Below, piece after piece: positions 6,846-16,217 of a stretch of DNA of 64,000 nucleotides. The stretch is taken from the sequence record MN163281.1; one strand, given 5' to 3'. Origin of the DNA: Klebsiella phage KpCHEMY26. Each line of letters begins with the position of its first letter. The stretch's first letter is position 1. Below the pieces are notes generated by a model. That model ran no database searches and was not told the DNA's origin. It worked only from the letters and a program-made list of their open reading frames with translations. A program made the position numbers and the translations under genes.

Positions 6846-7544
6846 ATGTCTACTCAACTTAGTATTGAACAGTTTAAAGCTGTAATGCCTTCAAATCACA
6901 AGGGAAATATTAACCAAGAGTTAATGGATAAGATTAATCAGGTACTTTCAGACCCCATGATGGGTGAAGTACTGAGAGATAATCTTATGTCTTACACTCA
7001 TGTGATGAAGGAAGGCAGGTTTAAGATTGAAGATTATTTATCCGCAGTGAAGTATGTGAGTTTCAAGTTAATGGGCTGCACTAACTTCGAGTCTTACATC
7101 AAAACATTCCCTGACCGATACCAAAACTTCTTAAATAATAATGTCCCTACCAAAGATATTCACTGTTATGTATCTGCCTACAACAAGAACAAGTTAGTTA
7201 ATCTCATCTATGAACAGACTCTGGTTCCTACCCACGTTCTGAATGCTGATGTGTTCCAGAAAGCAATCAACGTACAGGCTGATTTGATGTTGAATGCTAA
7301 GAGTGAAAAGGTTAGAACGGATGCAGCTAACTCTCTGCTTAATCATTTGAAACGCCCTGAAGCCAGCAAGATTGAATTGAACGTAGGTCTTCAGGAAGGT
7401 GGAGTAATCAGTGAACTCAGAGAAATTACTTCTAAATTAGCTGCGAAGCAGCGCCAACTCATTGAGGGTGGTTCCTACAGTGCTCAAGAAATTGCTCATT
7501 CCAAGTTAACAATTGATGGAGAATCAGAACGTGTCGATGAATAA
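6846..7544 (+). CDS. hypothetical protein upstream of terminase (N4 gp69 position; possible small terminase subunit)
   Basis: ATG at 6846 with GGAGA RBS; placed immediately upstream of and overlapping the terminase large subunit gene. Confidence 0.45.
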   Translation: MSTQLSIEQFKAVMPSNHKGNINQELMDKINQVLSDPMMGEVLRDNLMSYTHVMKEGRFKIEDYLSAVKYVSFKLMGCTNFESYIKTFPDRYQNFLNNNVPTKDIHCYVSAYNKNKLVNLIYEQTLVPTHVLNADVFQKAINVQADLMLNAKSEKVRTDAANSLLNHLKRPEASKIELNVGLQEGGVISELREITSKLAAKQRQLIEGGSYSAQEIAHSKLTIDGESERVDE

Positions 7545-9138
7545 AGAAGACCCAATGGTTAAACAGTCTGTTGAGGAGTGGCTCAACTCAGTTGATTATG
7601 CCGCCCTCAATGGTAATAACTACGTTCCTTCTGTATTCGCTATTAACTATGTCAACTTTATCAAGTTGGTTAATGGTGAAGGTGGGGAATCTAACCTTAC
7701 TCCAGTAGTTCATCTTAAGATGCTTGATGAATTGGCAGGTAAACGTACTCGATTAGCTAATCTTTGCTCTCGTGGTATGGCTAAAACTACCCTGTTTGGT
7801 GAGTATCTCGTCCTGTATATCGCCCTATATGGGGAGATTGATGGATTTGGTGATATCGAAGGTATGATTTATATCTCTGACTCTATGGAGAACGGGGTAA
7901 AATCACTAAGAAAGAACATCGAATACCGCTATAACAACTCTGAATTCCTTCAGAAGTATATTCCAGAGGCTAAATTCACTGATGCTTACATGGAATTTAC
8001 TAATGCCGATGGGCATAAGTTAGGTGTTCGTATGTTCGGTGCTAAGACTGGCTTACGTGGTACCAAAATTTTTGGTAAACGTCCTGTTTTAGCTGTATTG
8101 GATGACCTTGTTAGTGATGATGATGCTAAATCTAAGTCAACTATGCAGGCCATCAAGGATACTGTATACAAAGGTGTCGATTATGCTTTGGACCCTACTC
8201 GTAGAAAGATTGTTTTCAGTGGCACACCCTTTAACAAAAACGATATTCTTTATGAAGCAGTGGAATCTGGTGGTTGGTACGTCAACGTATTCCCCATTTG
8301 TGAGAAATTCCCTTGTTCGAGAGAAGAATTCGTAGGTGCTTGGGAAGACCGCTTTTCATATGACTTCGTTAAGAGCCAATATGACCTTGCTGTAGCTACT
8401 GGGCAGGTGGCTGCATTCAATCAGGAACTGATGTTGAGGATTACCTCTGATGAAGAAAGGCTTGTACTGGAATCTGATATCCAGTGGTACAAGCGTAAGT
8501 CTCTTTTACTGAACAGAGGTATGTTCAATTTCTATATCACTACTGACTTTGCCACCAGCGAGAAACAATCAGCTGACTATTCGGTTATCTCTGTATGGGC
8601 AATCAATAGCAATGGTGATTGGTTCTGGGTTGATGGTATCTGTCGTCGTCAGCTGATGAACAAGAACTTTGATGACCTGTTCAGATTGGTAGTTGAGTAT
8701 CAGCCTCAGTCAGTTGGTATTGAAGTTACTGGCCAGCAGGGTGGATTCATCTCCTTGTTACGTGATGAGATGATGAACAGGAACATCTGGTTTAACTTTG
8801 CTTCCGATGGGAATAACAACAAGCCAGGTATCAGACCTAACACCAATAAAATGGTGAGATTCAACTCAGTATTGCCTTGGTTCAAGGCTGGTAAGTTCTT
8901 TTTCCCTGAAGAATTAAAAGACGAGAAGATTATGTTGGAAGCTATGGATGAGCTTCGATTAGCTACTGTAGAGGGCTTTAAATCAAAGCATGACGACTTT
9001 ATTGATACGATTAGTATGTTGTCATGCCTGAAGGTTTGGAAGCCTTCGCAGGCTTCTGGAGGCTCTATCCAAGAGGATAGTGTGTGGGATATGCCTACTC
9101 CTTCTCCAGACAATGGAATTGATAGTTATCTCGTCTAA
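7537..9138 (+). CDS. terminase large subunit
   Basis: Walker A-like GMAKTT; Walker B LAVLDDLVSDDD; C-terminal nuclease-like acidic motifs; N4 gp68 position upstream of the structural genes. Confidence 0.75.
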   Translation: MNKEDPMVKQSVEEWLNSVDYAALNGNNYVPSVFAINYVNFIKLVNGEGGESNLTPVVHLKMLDELAGKRTRLANLCSRGMAKTTLFGEYLVLYIALYGEIDGFGDIEGMIYISDSMENGVKSLRKNIEYRYNNSEFLQKYIPEAKFTDAYMEFTNADGHKLGVRMFGAKTGLRGTKIFGKRPVLAVLDDLVSDDDAKSKSTMQAIKDTVYKGVDYALDPTRRKIVFSGTPFNKNDILYEAVESGGWYVNVFPICEKFPCSREEFVGAWEDRFSYDFVKSQYDLAVATGQVAAFNQELMLRITSDEERLVLESDIQWYKRKSLLLNRGMFNFYITTDFATSEKQSADYSVISVWAINSNGDWFWVDGICRRQLMNKNFDDLFRLVVEYQPQSVGIEVTGQQGGFISLLRDEMMNRNIWFNFASDGNNNKPGIRPNTNKMVRFNSVLPWFKAGKFFFPEELKDEKIMLEAMDELRLATVEGFKSKHDDFIDTISMLSCLKVWKPSQASGGSIQEDSVWDMPTPSPDNGIDSYLV

Positions 9139-9187
9139 TTGTTGTTTATAATGTGGTGGATGTTTACCCTTTGACTGAGACCACATT

Positions 9188-9895
9188 ATGAAATTGAGTG
9201 ACCTTTTTCAGATGTTATCAACAGGGGAGTTAAACCAACTTAATGTGGGGAATACGGGTAATGGTATCAGAGCAAAAGATTACCCTAAAGTTATCACCCA
9301 GATTAATCTTGGTTTAACTGACCTGCATTCCCGCTTTCCTTTAAGAGAAGGACAAGTAACCATTCAAATGTATGAGCACATTTCTCATTACTATCTGAGG
9401 AGACAATTTGCTCAGACAAATCAAGACTCTCAAGAGAAATACAAGTATATTGAGGACAGTCGATTCTATCCATTCCAAGAGAATGTGATTAGAGTTGAAC
9501 GAGTAACTAATGAAGTAGGGTATGAATTACAATTAAACAATGATGCAATGTGTTGCGAACTCTTCACACCATCTTTTGATTGTATTCAAGTAATTAGACC
9601 TATTGATACCAATGCTTTGTTTGTAACGTATCGGGCTAATCACGATTGGATTCCTACTGACACTACAGACCCTAACACTGTTGAAGTTGTTCTTCCAGCA
9701 AGCCATGTAAAAGCATTATGCTATTTTGTAGCAGCCGCTTTTTACTCAATGATGCCTAGTGATGGAGCAACCCAGAAGGGTGTAGAGTGGAATGTTAAGT
9801 ATGAGGCTGAGTGTTCTAAGATTGAAGAACTTGACTTAGACAACGCTAGTCTGAATTCTACAAATGTGAAACCTTGTTTAAGAGGATGGGTATAA
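9188..9895 (+). CDS. hypothetical virion or tail-associated protein (235 aa)
   Basis: ORF between terminase and tailspike in N4-like order; no recognised motif. Confidence 0.45.
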   Translation: MKLSDLFQMLSTGELNQLNVGNTGNGIRAKDYPKVITQINLGLTDLHSRFPLREGQVTIQMYEHISHYYLRRQFAQTNQDSQEKYKYIEDSRFYPFQENVIRVERVTNEVGYELQLNNDAMCCELFTPSFDCIQVIRPIDTNALFVTYRANHDWIPTDTTDPNTVEVVLPASHVKALCYFVAAAFYSMMPSDGATQKGVEWNVKYEAECSKIEELDLDNASLNSTNVKPCLRGWV

Positions 9896-12800
9896 TGTCT
9901 ACACCTCCAGTTAACTCTTGCAATTCAAGTGCAGGATTGATTGAGAAGTATATCAACTCTGCCTATGACAATGTTAAGGCTGTTGCAGATAACTTGGATT
10001 ATCTGGACCAGATTTATCAATTCTTACTTCAGTATGGATTGATTACAAACATTGCTATTAAAGCTCCTGTCCAGGCAGTGGCTACATCTCCTATTACTTT
10101 GTCTGGTAATCAGGTACTGACCTGGTCTGCCCATTCAGGTGATTACTCAGTGTTTGCAACTACAGGCATGAGAGTTTTAGTTTTAGCTCAGACTAATCCT
10201 GTAGAGAATGGCATCTATGATGTTAAAAATAATGCCTGGACTCGTTCAGTAGACTTTGATGGTCCAAAAGATGTAGTTGATGGGACTCTTGTTTTTTCTT
10301 CTCAAGGCGATGTATGGCAAGTAGATGGTCCTCAGTATTCTTTAGTTCCTGGTACTGACCCAATTATTTTTAAAGATATTGATTTATTTGCTTATGAAGC
10401 TTTGAGAGAAGCTACAGAAAAAGCTCAAGAAGCTGCTGCCAGCGCTGCTGCTGCATTGGCTTCAGAGCAAGCAGCTAAAGTATCAGAGAATAGTGCAGCC
10501 AGTTCTGAAACCAATGCAAGTAATAGTGCTGCTGCTGCCGCTATCTCTGAGACCAATGCTAAGGTGTCTGAGAATGCAGCTAAGGTATCCGAGAATAATG
10601 CAAAAGCTTCTCAGGTAGCAGCTCAGAACTCAGCTTCATTAGCTGAGAGTGTTACCAACAATACTCTGACTTTTGCTACAACTGCTGCTGGTATTGCAGG
10701 CACAACTAATGGACAGTACTTCCGTGTTCCTCAAGGAAGTGGTGCTACTTTATCTTTTATCTACTATCTGAATAGTTCTGGTACTGCTCAGGTAGTAGCT
10801 GAGATGCCAGGTAAAGGAGCCATTACTAACAATATTAGAAGTTATAGTTCTTTAGCTGTAGCTCAAGCTGACGTAACAGCAGGGAACATCTTAAATAGTG
10901 GATATTGTTATGTCAGAAGTACAGAGGATTCGACTCTAGTAAATGAGTACCAAAACCAATCTGGTACATTGGTTGCTACTGGGAAATCAATACCATCTAA
11001 TGAGGCGTATGACCAGCTCACGGATGACGTGGCGGGAGCTCTGGAGGATATTGAGCAAATCAACAAAACAATGGTGTTGAAAGATATCGTTCAGACTATT
11101 TTCAACTATAGAGATAAGCTGGGCTATCGCCTCTTTTACGCCTTGACGGATGGCGAGTTTGGCACGAAGTTCACCACTATCAAACGTAACGGCGTCTACC
11201 TAAAAGACCTGACAGTAGCCGTTGATAGTGATGGCTCCGATGTTTATATACAGAACAAACTGGGTCAACGTGTATATATCATAAAAGATGGGGTAGTAGC
11301 ACCCGGGTCTCTTAAGGTTGATGAGGATGGGGCATTCGGTACTGATGCGGCCCACCTTAGCTCAAAAGGTATTAGCTTTCTCTCAGGTTCCGCCAAAGTC
11401 GAAGTCACTGATGGTCCCGAGTTCTTAAAGGTATCCGATAAGCTCGGTAGAGTTAAAACCATCATCGACCACAATGGCAAGTTGGCTAGCGATGTCATCC
11501 CCGAGGACACCGCCTCAACCCACCTAGACAATTTAAACTCGTACAACTTAAACTATTACAGTAAGGTGAGAAGCGAGTACAACGCGGATATAGAAAGAGC
11601 CGTATTCGCCCTGTCATGGATTTTGGTCTATGGGCAATCCCTGTCCACATCTCAAGAGGGCTTCCCTGCTCTTTCAAAAGAGGTCTACAGCAACCTCTCT
11701 AACCTGATGTTAGGGGACAGTTCTCGACCAAATTCTCGCACAGCCGCGAATTTCGTGCCTGTGGGTAGCCCTGTCCTCAACCCATTGAAAGCGGTCGTGC
11801 AGACGTCGTCTGGCAATGCAATCATGAGTGATTCCGCTGTGGCCGCTCTGGCTGCTGGGTCGCCCAATGAGGGTGAGGGGGCCGAAGGTTGCGTGAACAT
11901 GTTCCGCTCCATGTTCCTTCGTCAATTGGGTCTGCTAAAGGACGACACTCGTCGGCTGGTCTTGTCGAACTGTGGTGTTAACGGCAGAACAATTGAGGCA
12001 CTATCCAAGGGGGCCAGCCCGGAGCTATACAACAGGGTCAGGGAAGCATATACCCAAATCAAGGCCATCGCCGACTCAGGCAATATGAGCTTTGGGCTGG
12101 CCGCCATCTGCTTCTTGCAGGGCGAATGGAACTACACAACGGCTTATGGCGGGAACAATACCCGTGAAGGTTATAAGGTTCTTCAAAGACAGCTAAAAGA
12201 AGACTTGATTTCTGATTTTGCCCAGAACCAGTATCCACCAGCTATGTATACTTATCAGACCTCTGGTGCTTATACAAGTGACGCTAACGAGTTAGCAATT
12301 GGTATGGCTCAATTAGATTTAGCTCTTGAAAAAACAGGCACGTATGGTGTTACACCATCATATCCTTTTCCTGATAAAGGTGGTCATTTAACATCCAACG
12401 GATATCGCTGGATGTGGATGCACTTTGCTAAAGTAATGTTTCGGACGTTAGTTTTAGGTCAAGGTTGGGAGCCACTTCATTGTATTAGCGCTGAAACAAG
12501 TAAAAACATTTCTTATCTTAACTACGCTGTTCCTTACCCGCCGTTGAAGTGGGGCAAACCTTATGTCGGCAGAACTGCCACGGACTATACCAACAAGGGG
12601 TATCGTGCGACCGACGATGCCGGAACCCTGCCCATATCCTCGGTTGAAATCGTCCGGGACACTGTGGTTAAAATAACCTACAGTAGAAACGCTGTTGGTA
12701 CTGTGAAAATTTGGTATGCGGATAAAACAACGCATAATGGCAATGGCTGCTTAATGGATTCCGACCCTTTCATAGCTACTGAGAACTATGTCTATGTAGA

Positions 12801-12912
12801 AGGCTCGGGCCAATATGCGGATGAAAACATCGCCGAATTGGTTGATAAACCTTATCCTTTAAACAATTGGGCCTGGGCTCAAGTAATCTATTCTACTGTT
12901 AACGGAGAGTAA
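9895..12912 (+). CDS. tailspike / receptor-binding protein with a C-terminal SGNH (GDSL) esterase-like domain
   Basis: ATG at 9895 overlaps the upstream stop (TAATG); Ala-rich heptad repeats (KVSENxAK x3); C-terminal blocks GDSS, GVNGRT and DKGGHLTSNGY resemble SGNH hydrolase blocks I, II and V; GC rises to about 50 percent in the C-terminal half. Confidence 0.6.
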   Translation: MSTPPVNSCNSSAGLIEKYINSAYDNVKAVADNLDYLDQIYQFLLQYGLITNIAIKAPVQAVATSPITLSGNQVLTWSAHSGDYSVFATTGMRVLVLAQTNPVENGIYDVKNNAWTRSVDFDGPKDVVDGTLVFSSQGDVWQVDGPQYSLVPGTDPIIFKDIDLFAYEALREATEKAQEAAASAAAALASEQAAKVSENSAASSETNASNSAAAAAISETNAKVSENAAKVSENNAKASQVAAQNSASLAESVTNNTLTFATTAAGIAGTTNGQYFRVPQGSGATLSFIYYLNSSGTAQVVAEMPGKGAITNNIRSYSSLAVAQADVTAGNILNSGYCYVRSTEDSTLVNEYQNQSGTLVATGKSIPSNEAYDQLTDDVAGALEDIEQINKTMVLKDIVQTIFNYRDKLGYRLFYALTDGEFGTKFTTIKRNGVYLKDLTVAVDSDGSDVYIQNKLGQRVYIIKDGVVAPGSLKVDEDGAFGTDAAHLSSKGISFLSGSAKVEVTDGPEFLKVSDKLGRVKTIIDHNGKLASDVIPEDTASTHLDNLNSYNLNYYSKVRSEYNADIERAVFALSWILVYGQSLSTSQEGFPALSKEVYSNLSNLMLGDSSRPNSRTAANFVPVGSPVLNPLKAVVQTSSGNAIMSDSAVAALAAGSPNEGEGAEGCVNMFRSMFLRQLGLLKDDTRRLVLSNCGVNGRTIEALSKGASPELYNRVREAYTQIKAIADSGNMSFGLAAICFLQGEWNYTTAYGGNNTREGYKVLQRQLKEDLISDFAQNQYPPAMYTYQTSGAYTSDANELAIGMAQLDLALEKTGTYGVTPSYPFPDKGGHLTSNGYRWMWMHFAKVMFRTLVLGQGWEPLHCISAETSKNISYLNYAVPYPPLKWGKPYVGRTATDYTNKGYRATDDAGTLPISSVEIVRDTVVKITYSRNAVGTVKIWYADKTTHNGNGCLMDSDPFIATENYVYVEGSGQYADENIAELVDKPYPLNNWAWAQVIYSTVNGE

Positions 12913-12914
12913 TT

Positions 12915-13655
12915 ATGTCACTTGTATTTTATTCAGATAACGCTTTTTCTCAAATATCTGACCCGGACGAATATGTGCCTCCGTTTGATACTACGGGTTT
13001 AATGCGTGCGGAAATTTTCGCCCTTACGGGTATTGGGAGCAATCTGATGCCTGGCCAGCCAGACTCTGTTGTTATCGGTTCACCATCAATGGTTCCGGGC
13101 ACCCCCTATGCGTCTTTCGCAAATAACGCAAGTATTGCTAATCTTGATTTAAGGATGCCTGACTCGGACCAACAAACATGGCTTTTGGTGTGGAACCCGG
13201 CCGGCAGTTCACTCCAGCGTTTGATTATGTCGTCCTATGGTTCATCTGGAGGGAGCTCCCTTTTATTTGATGAATTCGGTAAATTAGCGGCCGCTATTGG
13301 TTATAAAACAATCAGCACCGGTGCAACTGCTGTCAAGTATGGAGTTCTATCACAAGCTCTGCCAGCAGGTGTTTCGTTTCTTTCACTGGTTATGAATGGA
13401 AAGACTTTTACAACCAAGAATCATACTTACAACAATGCCGCCACGGTTACATTGACTTCTGACCAGCAGCTTAACCCGGGTGTTTCCATTCACGTTGGTA
13501 AAGGTGCTACATCTTTATGGGGTCAGGCTGCGGCGACTAATCAAATTGCAGCCTATATGGTCTTTAACCGCGTATTGTCGGATTCTGAAATTGAAACAAT
13601 TCGTCAGTATCTTTTAAGTAATATCCAGGGTGTCTATCCTGATATTACATTTTAA
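12915..13655 (+). CDS. tail fibre / tailspike-associated protein (246 aa)
   Basis: Downstream of and coupled to the tailspike gene; Gly/Ser-rich, same host-like GC as the tailspike C-terminus; followed by a strong terminator. Confidence 0.4.
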   Translation: MSLVFYSDNAFSQISDPDEYVPPFDTTGLMRAEIFALTGIGSNLMPGQPDSVVIGSPSMVPGTPYASFANNASIANLDLRMPDSDQQTWLLVWNPAGSSLQRLIMSSYGSSGGSSLLFDEFGKLAAAIGYKTISTGATAVKYGVLSQALPAGVSFLSLVMNGKTFTTKNHTYNNAATVTLTSDQQLNPGVSIHVGKGATSLWGQAAATNQIAAYMVFNRVLSDSEIETIRQYLLSNIQGVYPDITF

Positions 13656-13740
13656 GAATAAACGTGGCGACACGTCGGGCGGGTACTTCTCCGGCCTTCC
13701 AAGAGGAGGGCCAAATTAAAGGTTTTGGATTTGAAAATAA

Positions 13741-13765
13741 CCCCTCCTAAGAGGGGTTTTTATTT
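13741..13765. terminator. bidirectional rho-independent terminator
   Basis: CCCCTC-CTAA-GAGGGG hairpin followed by TTTTTATTT on plus strand and preceded by an A-run (T-run on minus). Confidence 0.75.
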
Positions 13766-14064
13766 GATAACTCTTTAATCTCACCAAGGTCTTGTTCTAA
13801 TGCTGAGTAAAAGAAGTTCAACTTACCGATAGGTATTGGTGCTCTTTTAATAATAGTTAGTATGTGACGGACTCTTGGTGACTCAATTCTCTTAAGCATC
13901 TCATCGATACCTCGACGTAATGCTATATTTGAATTGTTAAATAGAACATTAAGATACAAGGTTAGTAGTGCATCTGGATACTCATATATACCTACATCAT
14001 CTCTGAATTCCTGTTTAGGTAATTCACCATTACGTTCTCTGCGAAGATATGTTTTAACTCTCAT
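13747..14064 (-). CDS. hypothetical protein (105 aa), second gene of a two-gene minus-strand cassette
   Basis: ORF overlaps the upstream 64-aa ORF by 11 nt; cassette bounded by terminators at 13741-13765 and 14261-14280. Confidence 0.45.
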   Translation of the reverse strand: MRVKTYLRRERNGELPKQEFRDDVGIYEYPDALLTLYLNVLFNNSNIALRRGIDEMLKRIESPRVRHILTIIKRAPIPIGKLNFFYSALEQDLGEIKELSNKNPS

Positions 14065-14248
14065 GACTAATCTCCACAGCTCGTTGAGCTAGTGCTTCCA
14101 TCTGAGAAGCCACATAGAAGAATGCCTCTTCATCATAGGCTTCTGAATAGTTATCTGAGAGTCGTCTTAGGTTAGCTATCTTCATGGCTTCTAATTCAGC
14201 CTGTAAGGCACCTAGACGGCATTGAATCTCTACTAGTTGAGCGTTCAT
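14054..14248 (-). CDS. hypothetical coiled-coil protein (64 aa), first gene of the cassette
   Basis: ORF immediately downstream of the minus-strand terminator; leucine-rich heptad pattern. Confidence 0.4.
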   Translation of the reverse strand: MNAQLVEIQCRLGALQAELEAMKIANLRRLSDNYSEAYDEEAFFYVASQMEALAQRAVEISHES

Positions 14249-14260
14249 ATTAACTCCAAT

Positions 14261-14280
14261 TAAAAAGGCCCCGTAGGGCC
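14261..14280 (-). terminator. rho-independent terminator after the lysis cassette (minus strand)
   Basis: Minus read: GGCCC-TACG-GGGCC followed by TTTTTAATT. Confidence 0.65.
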
Positions 14281-14344
14281 TTAGAGAACGTTATACGGAT
14301 ATAGCATTAATTAGGGGAATACCACTGCTCACTCCCGAAGGGAG

Positions 14345-14893
14345 TTATTTCTTTGTTTGGTCATTGATTCTAGTATTCTTAGATTCCTCCACCTTACGTA
14401 TGTAGTCCTGTAGATAATCTAATTTAGCTTGGTCTTCGATTATTCCTCTTCGGATACCGAGAATGTTTCGTCCAGCAGTTGCAGAGAGTTCGAGTGAGGT
14501 TCCATCGCCCATGCTGCTGGTCTTTGCTCCTGTACTTCTGGAGAGCTTACAGGTTGCAAGGTTGGCTTCTGCAAAGAGCACCCTGCGTTTACCAGAAGCA
14601 ACATCAGCAGTGAGCTTATCGTTAGCATCTTTTTCATGTTGAAGTTCCTGATATTTTTTAGCATCTAAATCAGCTAAGTCTTTTTGAAGTTTGTTATTAC
14701 GGTCTACTTCATTACCTAGTTTAAATGCTGCTTCATCTGATATAGATTTCAGTTTCCCATCATATGAAGACTTCTGTGTAGCAAGCGCAGTCTCATAATG
14801 GTTACTGGTGATATACCAAGATAAAAAAGCTCCCACCAAGATGAGAGCTAGAGCAATTAAACCAAGCTTAATTAACTTGACTTTATCAATCAT
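14345..14893 (-). CDS. i-spanin (Rz-like)
   Basis: N-terminal TM segment, coiled-coil periplasmic domain, directly downstream of endolysin; lipoprotein gene embedded in the +1 frame. Confidence 0.7.
   Translation of the reverse strand: MIDKVKLIKLGLIALALILVGAFLSWYITSNHYETALATQKSSYDGKLKSISDEAAFKLGNEVDRNNKLQKDLADLDAKKYQELQHEKDANDKLTADVASGKRRVLFAEANLATCKLSRSTGAKTSSMGDGTSLELSATAGRNILGIRRGIIEDQAKLDYLQDYIRKVEESKNTRINDQTKK
14440..14637 (-). CDS. o-spanin (Rz1-like outer-membrane lipoprotein) embedded within the i-spanin gene
   Basis: MKKMLTISSLLMLLLVNAGC signal peptide with lipobox LVNAG-C, Pro-rich mature part; entirely inside 14345-14893 in another frame. Confidence 0.7.
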   Translation of the reverse strand: MKKMLTISSLLMLLLVNAGCSLQKPTLQPVSSPEVQEQRPAAWAMEPHSNSLQLLDETFSVSEEE

Positions 14894-14901
14894 GTGTTAC
14901 C

Positions 14902-15393
14902 TCACAATGATTTAACTGCTCGACCAATGGACTCAGCTTCAGACCAAGTCTTGCCATCAAACAGAGCAAGACGTCCTACAGCTCTACGGTATACACCGAG
15001 AGTAGGTACTCCATCTTGATTTCTGAATTGAGGAAGTTTGGTTCTGAGGGTTGCTACGTCACCTTCTCTAACTGCTTTACCTGTTCCTGTACCTGCTGCC
15101 ACAGCTTTAGGTCCAACATTAAAGATAAGGTCACAGATAGCATCAAACTGAGACTGGTTAAATTTCTTACTGGCAATGGAATCAGCCAACTGAACAGCTT
15201 CATCCATATCTTTATTAAGTAAGGCTAAGGCACCATCAGCAGTGATGGTATCTCCTGGTTTAACATCTGAACCATAGTGGCCATAACCAATGGTTAGGTA
15301 CTTTTCCTTAGAGGTAGCTCTATAGGCTCTGGTTCTGAGTTGTTCCCAAGCTGCTGTGAACCTCAGCCCATTCTGTGACATGGTTCTACTCAT
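14902..15393 (-). CDS. endolysin, GH24 lysozyme family
   Basis: Catalytic-region motif WEQLRTRAYRATSKEKYLTIGYGH (E, then TIGYGH) typical of T4/lambda-type lysozymes. Confidence 0.75.
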   Translation of the reverse strand: MSRTMSQNGLRFTAAWEQLRTRAYRATSKEKYLTIGYGHYGSDVKPGDTITADGALALLNKDMDEAVQLADSIASKKFNQSQFDAICDLIFNVGPKAVAAGTGTGKAVREGDVATLRTKLPQFRNQDGVPTLGVYRRAVGRLALFDGKTWSEAESIGRAVKSL

Positions 15394-15692
15394 TTAAATT
15401 CCACCTTTACGAATCTAGCAATATTGCCTCTAGAGCCTACAACACCGATTAGTACAGTTCCATTGACAATCACTTCCCATATATCAACATGGGTGTAGTG
15501 TTTCATCAGGATTCTGATACCAATAGCTGCTGTAGCTACTATGAGGATGTAAGCCAAGAATGAGTAGATAACTTTGTGTTGTGCAGAACCTTGTCTGAAG
15601 CACATCAGACGGAATGAAATACCAAAGCAGATAACTGCATTGAGAATCTCAAGTGGCCCTAACGACCTTAAGTAATCAACGATGACCATCAC
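15390..15692 (-). CDS. small membrane protein, possible antiholin or second holin (100 aa)
   Basis: Multiple hydrophobic segments; between holin and endolysin, with overlapping starts and stops. Confidence 0.45.
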   Translation of the reverse strand: MMVIVDYLRSLGPLEILNAVICFGISFRLMCFRQGSAQHKVIYSFLAYILIVATAAIGIRILMKHYTHVDIWEVIVNGTVLIGVVGSRGNIARFVKVEFK

Positions 15693-16063
15693 TGAGTTCC
15701 TCCCGTTGGTGAATCGGGAATCTTTGCTTTTGCAATCAGACTTAGGATTAGTTTAATAGCTACCGCAGAAGCTACAAATGCTCCAACTGAAAGGTCCACA
15801 GTAATATCTGTTCTAGTGAGAGCTGAAGTAACAGCACTCATTATCTTAGATGCATACTCTGAACCAATTATTCCCACTACAAAAGAGATTAAGAAAAAAC
15901 TTAATCTTTTAAATAGGGGAATGTCTGAATTGGTCAATACATAGACCACTGCACCAGCAAATGAACCAATGATGACCCCAGGTGGGATACCTGCCCAATA
16001 AGACAGTAGAGTAGTAGCACCCAAACCTGTCGTGATAGCAGTTCCTGAAACTGGCTCATGCAT
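15689..16063 (-). CDS. holin (about 124 aa)
   Basis: ATG at 16063 preceded by GGAGG RBS; multiple TM segments and charged C-terminus; first gene of the lysis cassette; the ORF-track N-terminal extension is rejected. Confidence 0.6.
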   Translation of the reverse strand: MHEPVSGTAITTGLGATTLLSYWAGIPPGVIIGSFAGAVVYVLTNSDIPLFKRLSFFLISFVVGIIGSEYASKIMSAVTSALTRTDITVDLSVGAFVASAVAIKLILSLIAKAKIPDSPTGGTQ

Positions 16064-16217
16064 TTGAAAGCCTCCAATACTCTTCTTAAGAAGTGAGTAA
16101 AGAATACAATAGATACACTTAAAAAGATTAGATAAATATGGAGACACGCAGCAAACTAAGTTCAGAAATGCATCAAAACATATATACTGCTTGCAAAGTA
16201 ACTGAGGGATAACCGAA

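Noticed and set aside
9874-9894. TTG/ATG-extended start of the tailspike ORF (MFKRMGIM)
   Set aside because: The RBS (AGAGG) sits immediately against the first ATG. The ATG at 9895 has proper spacing and overlaps the upstream stop (TAATG).
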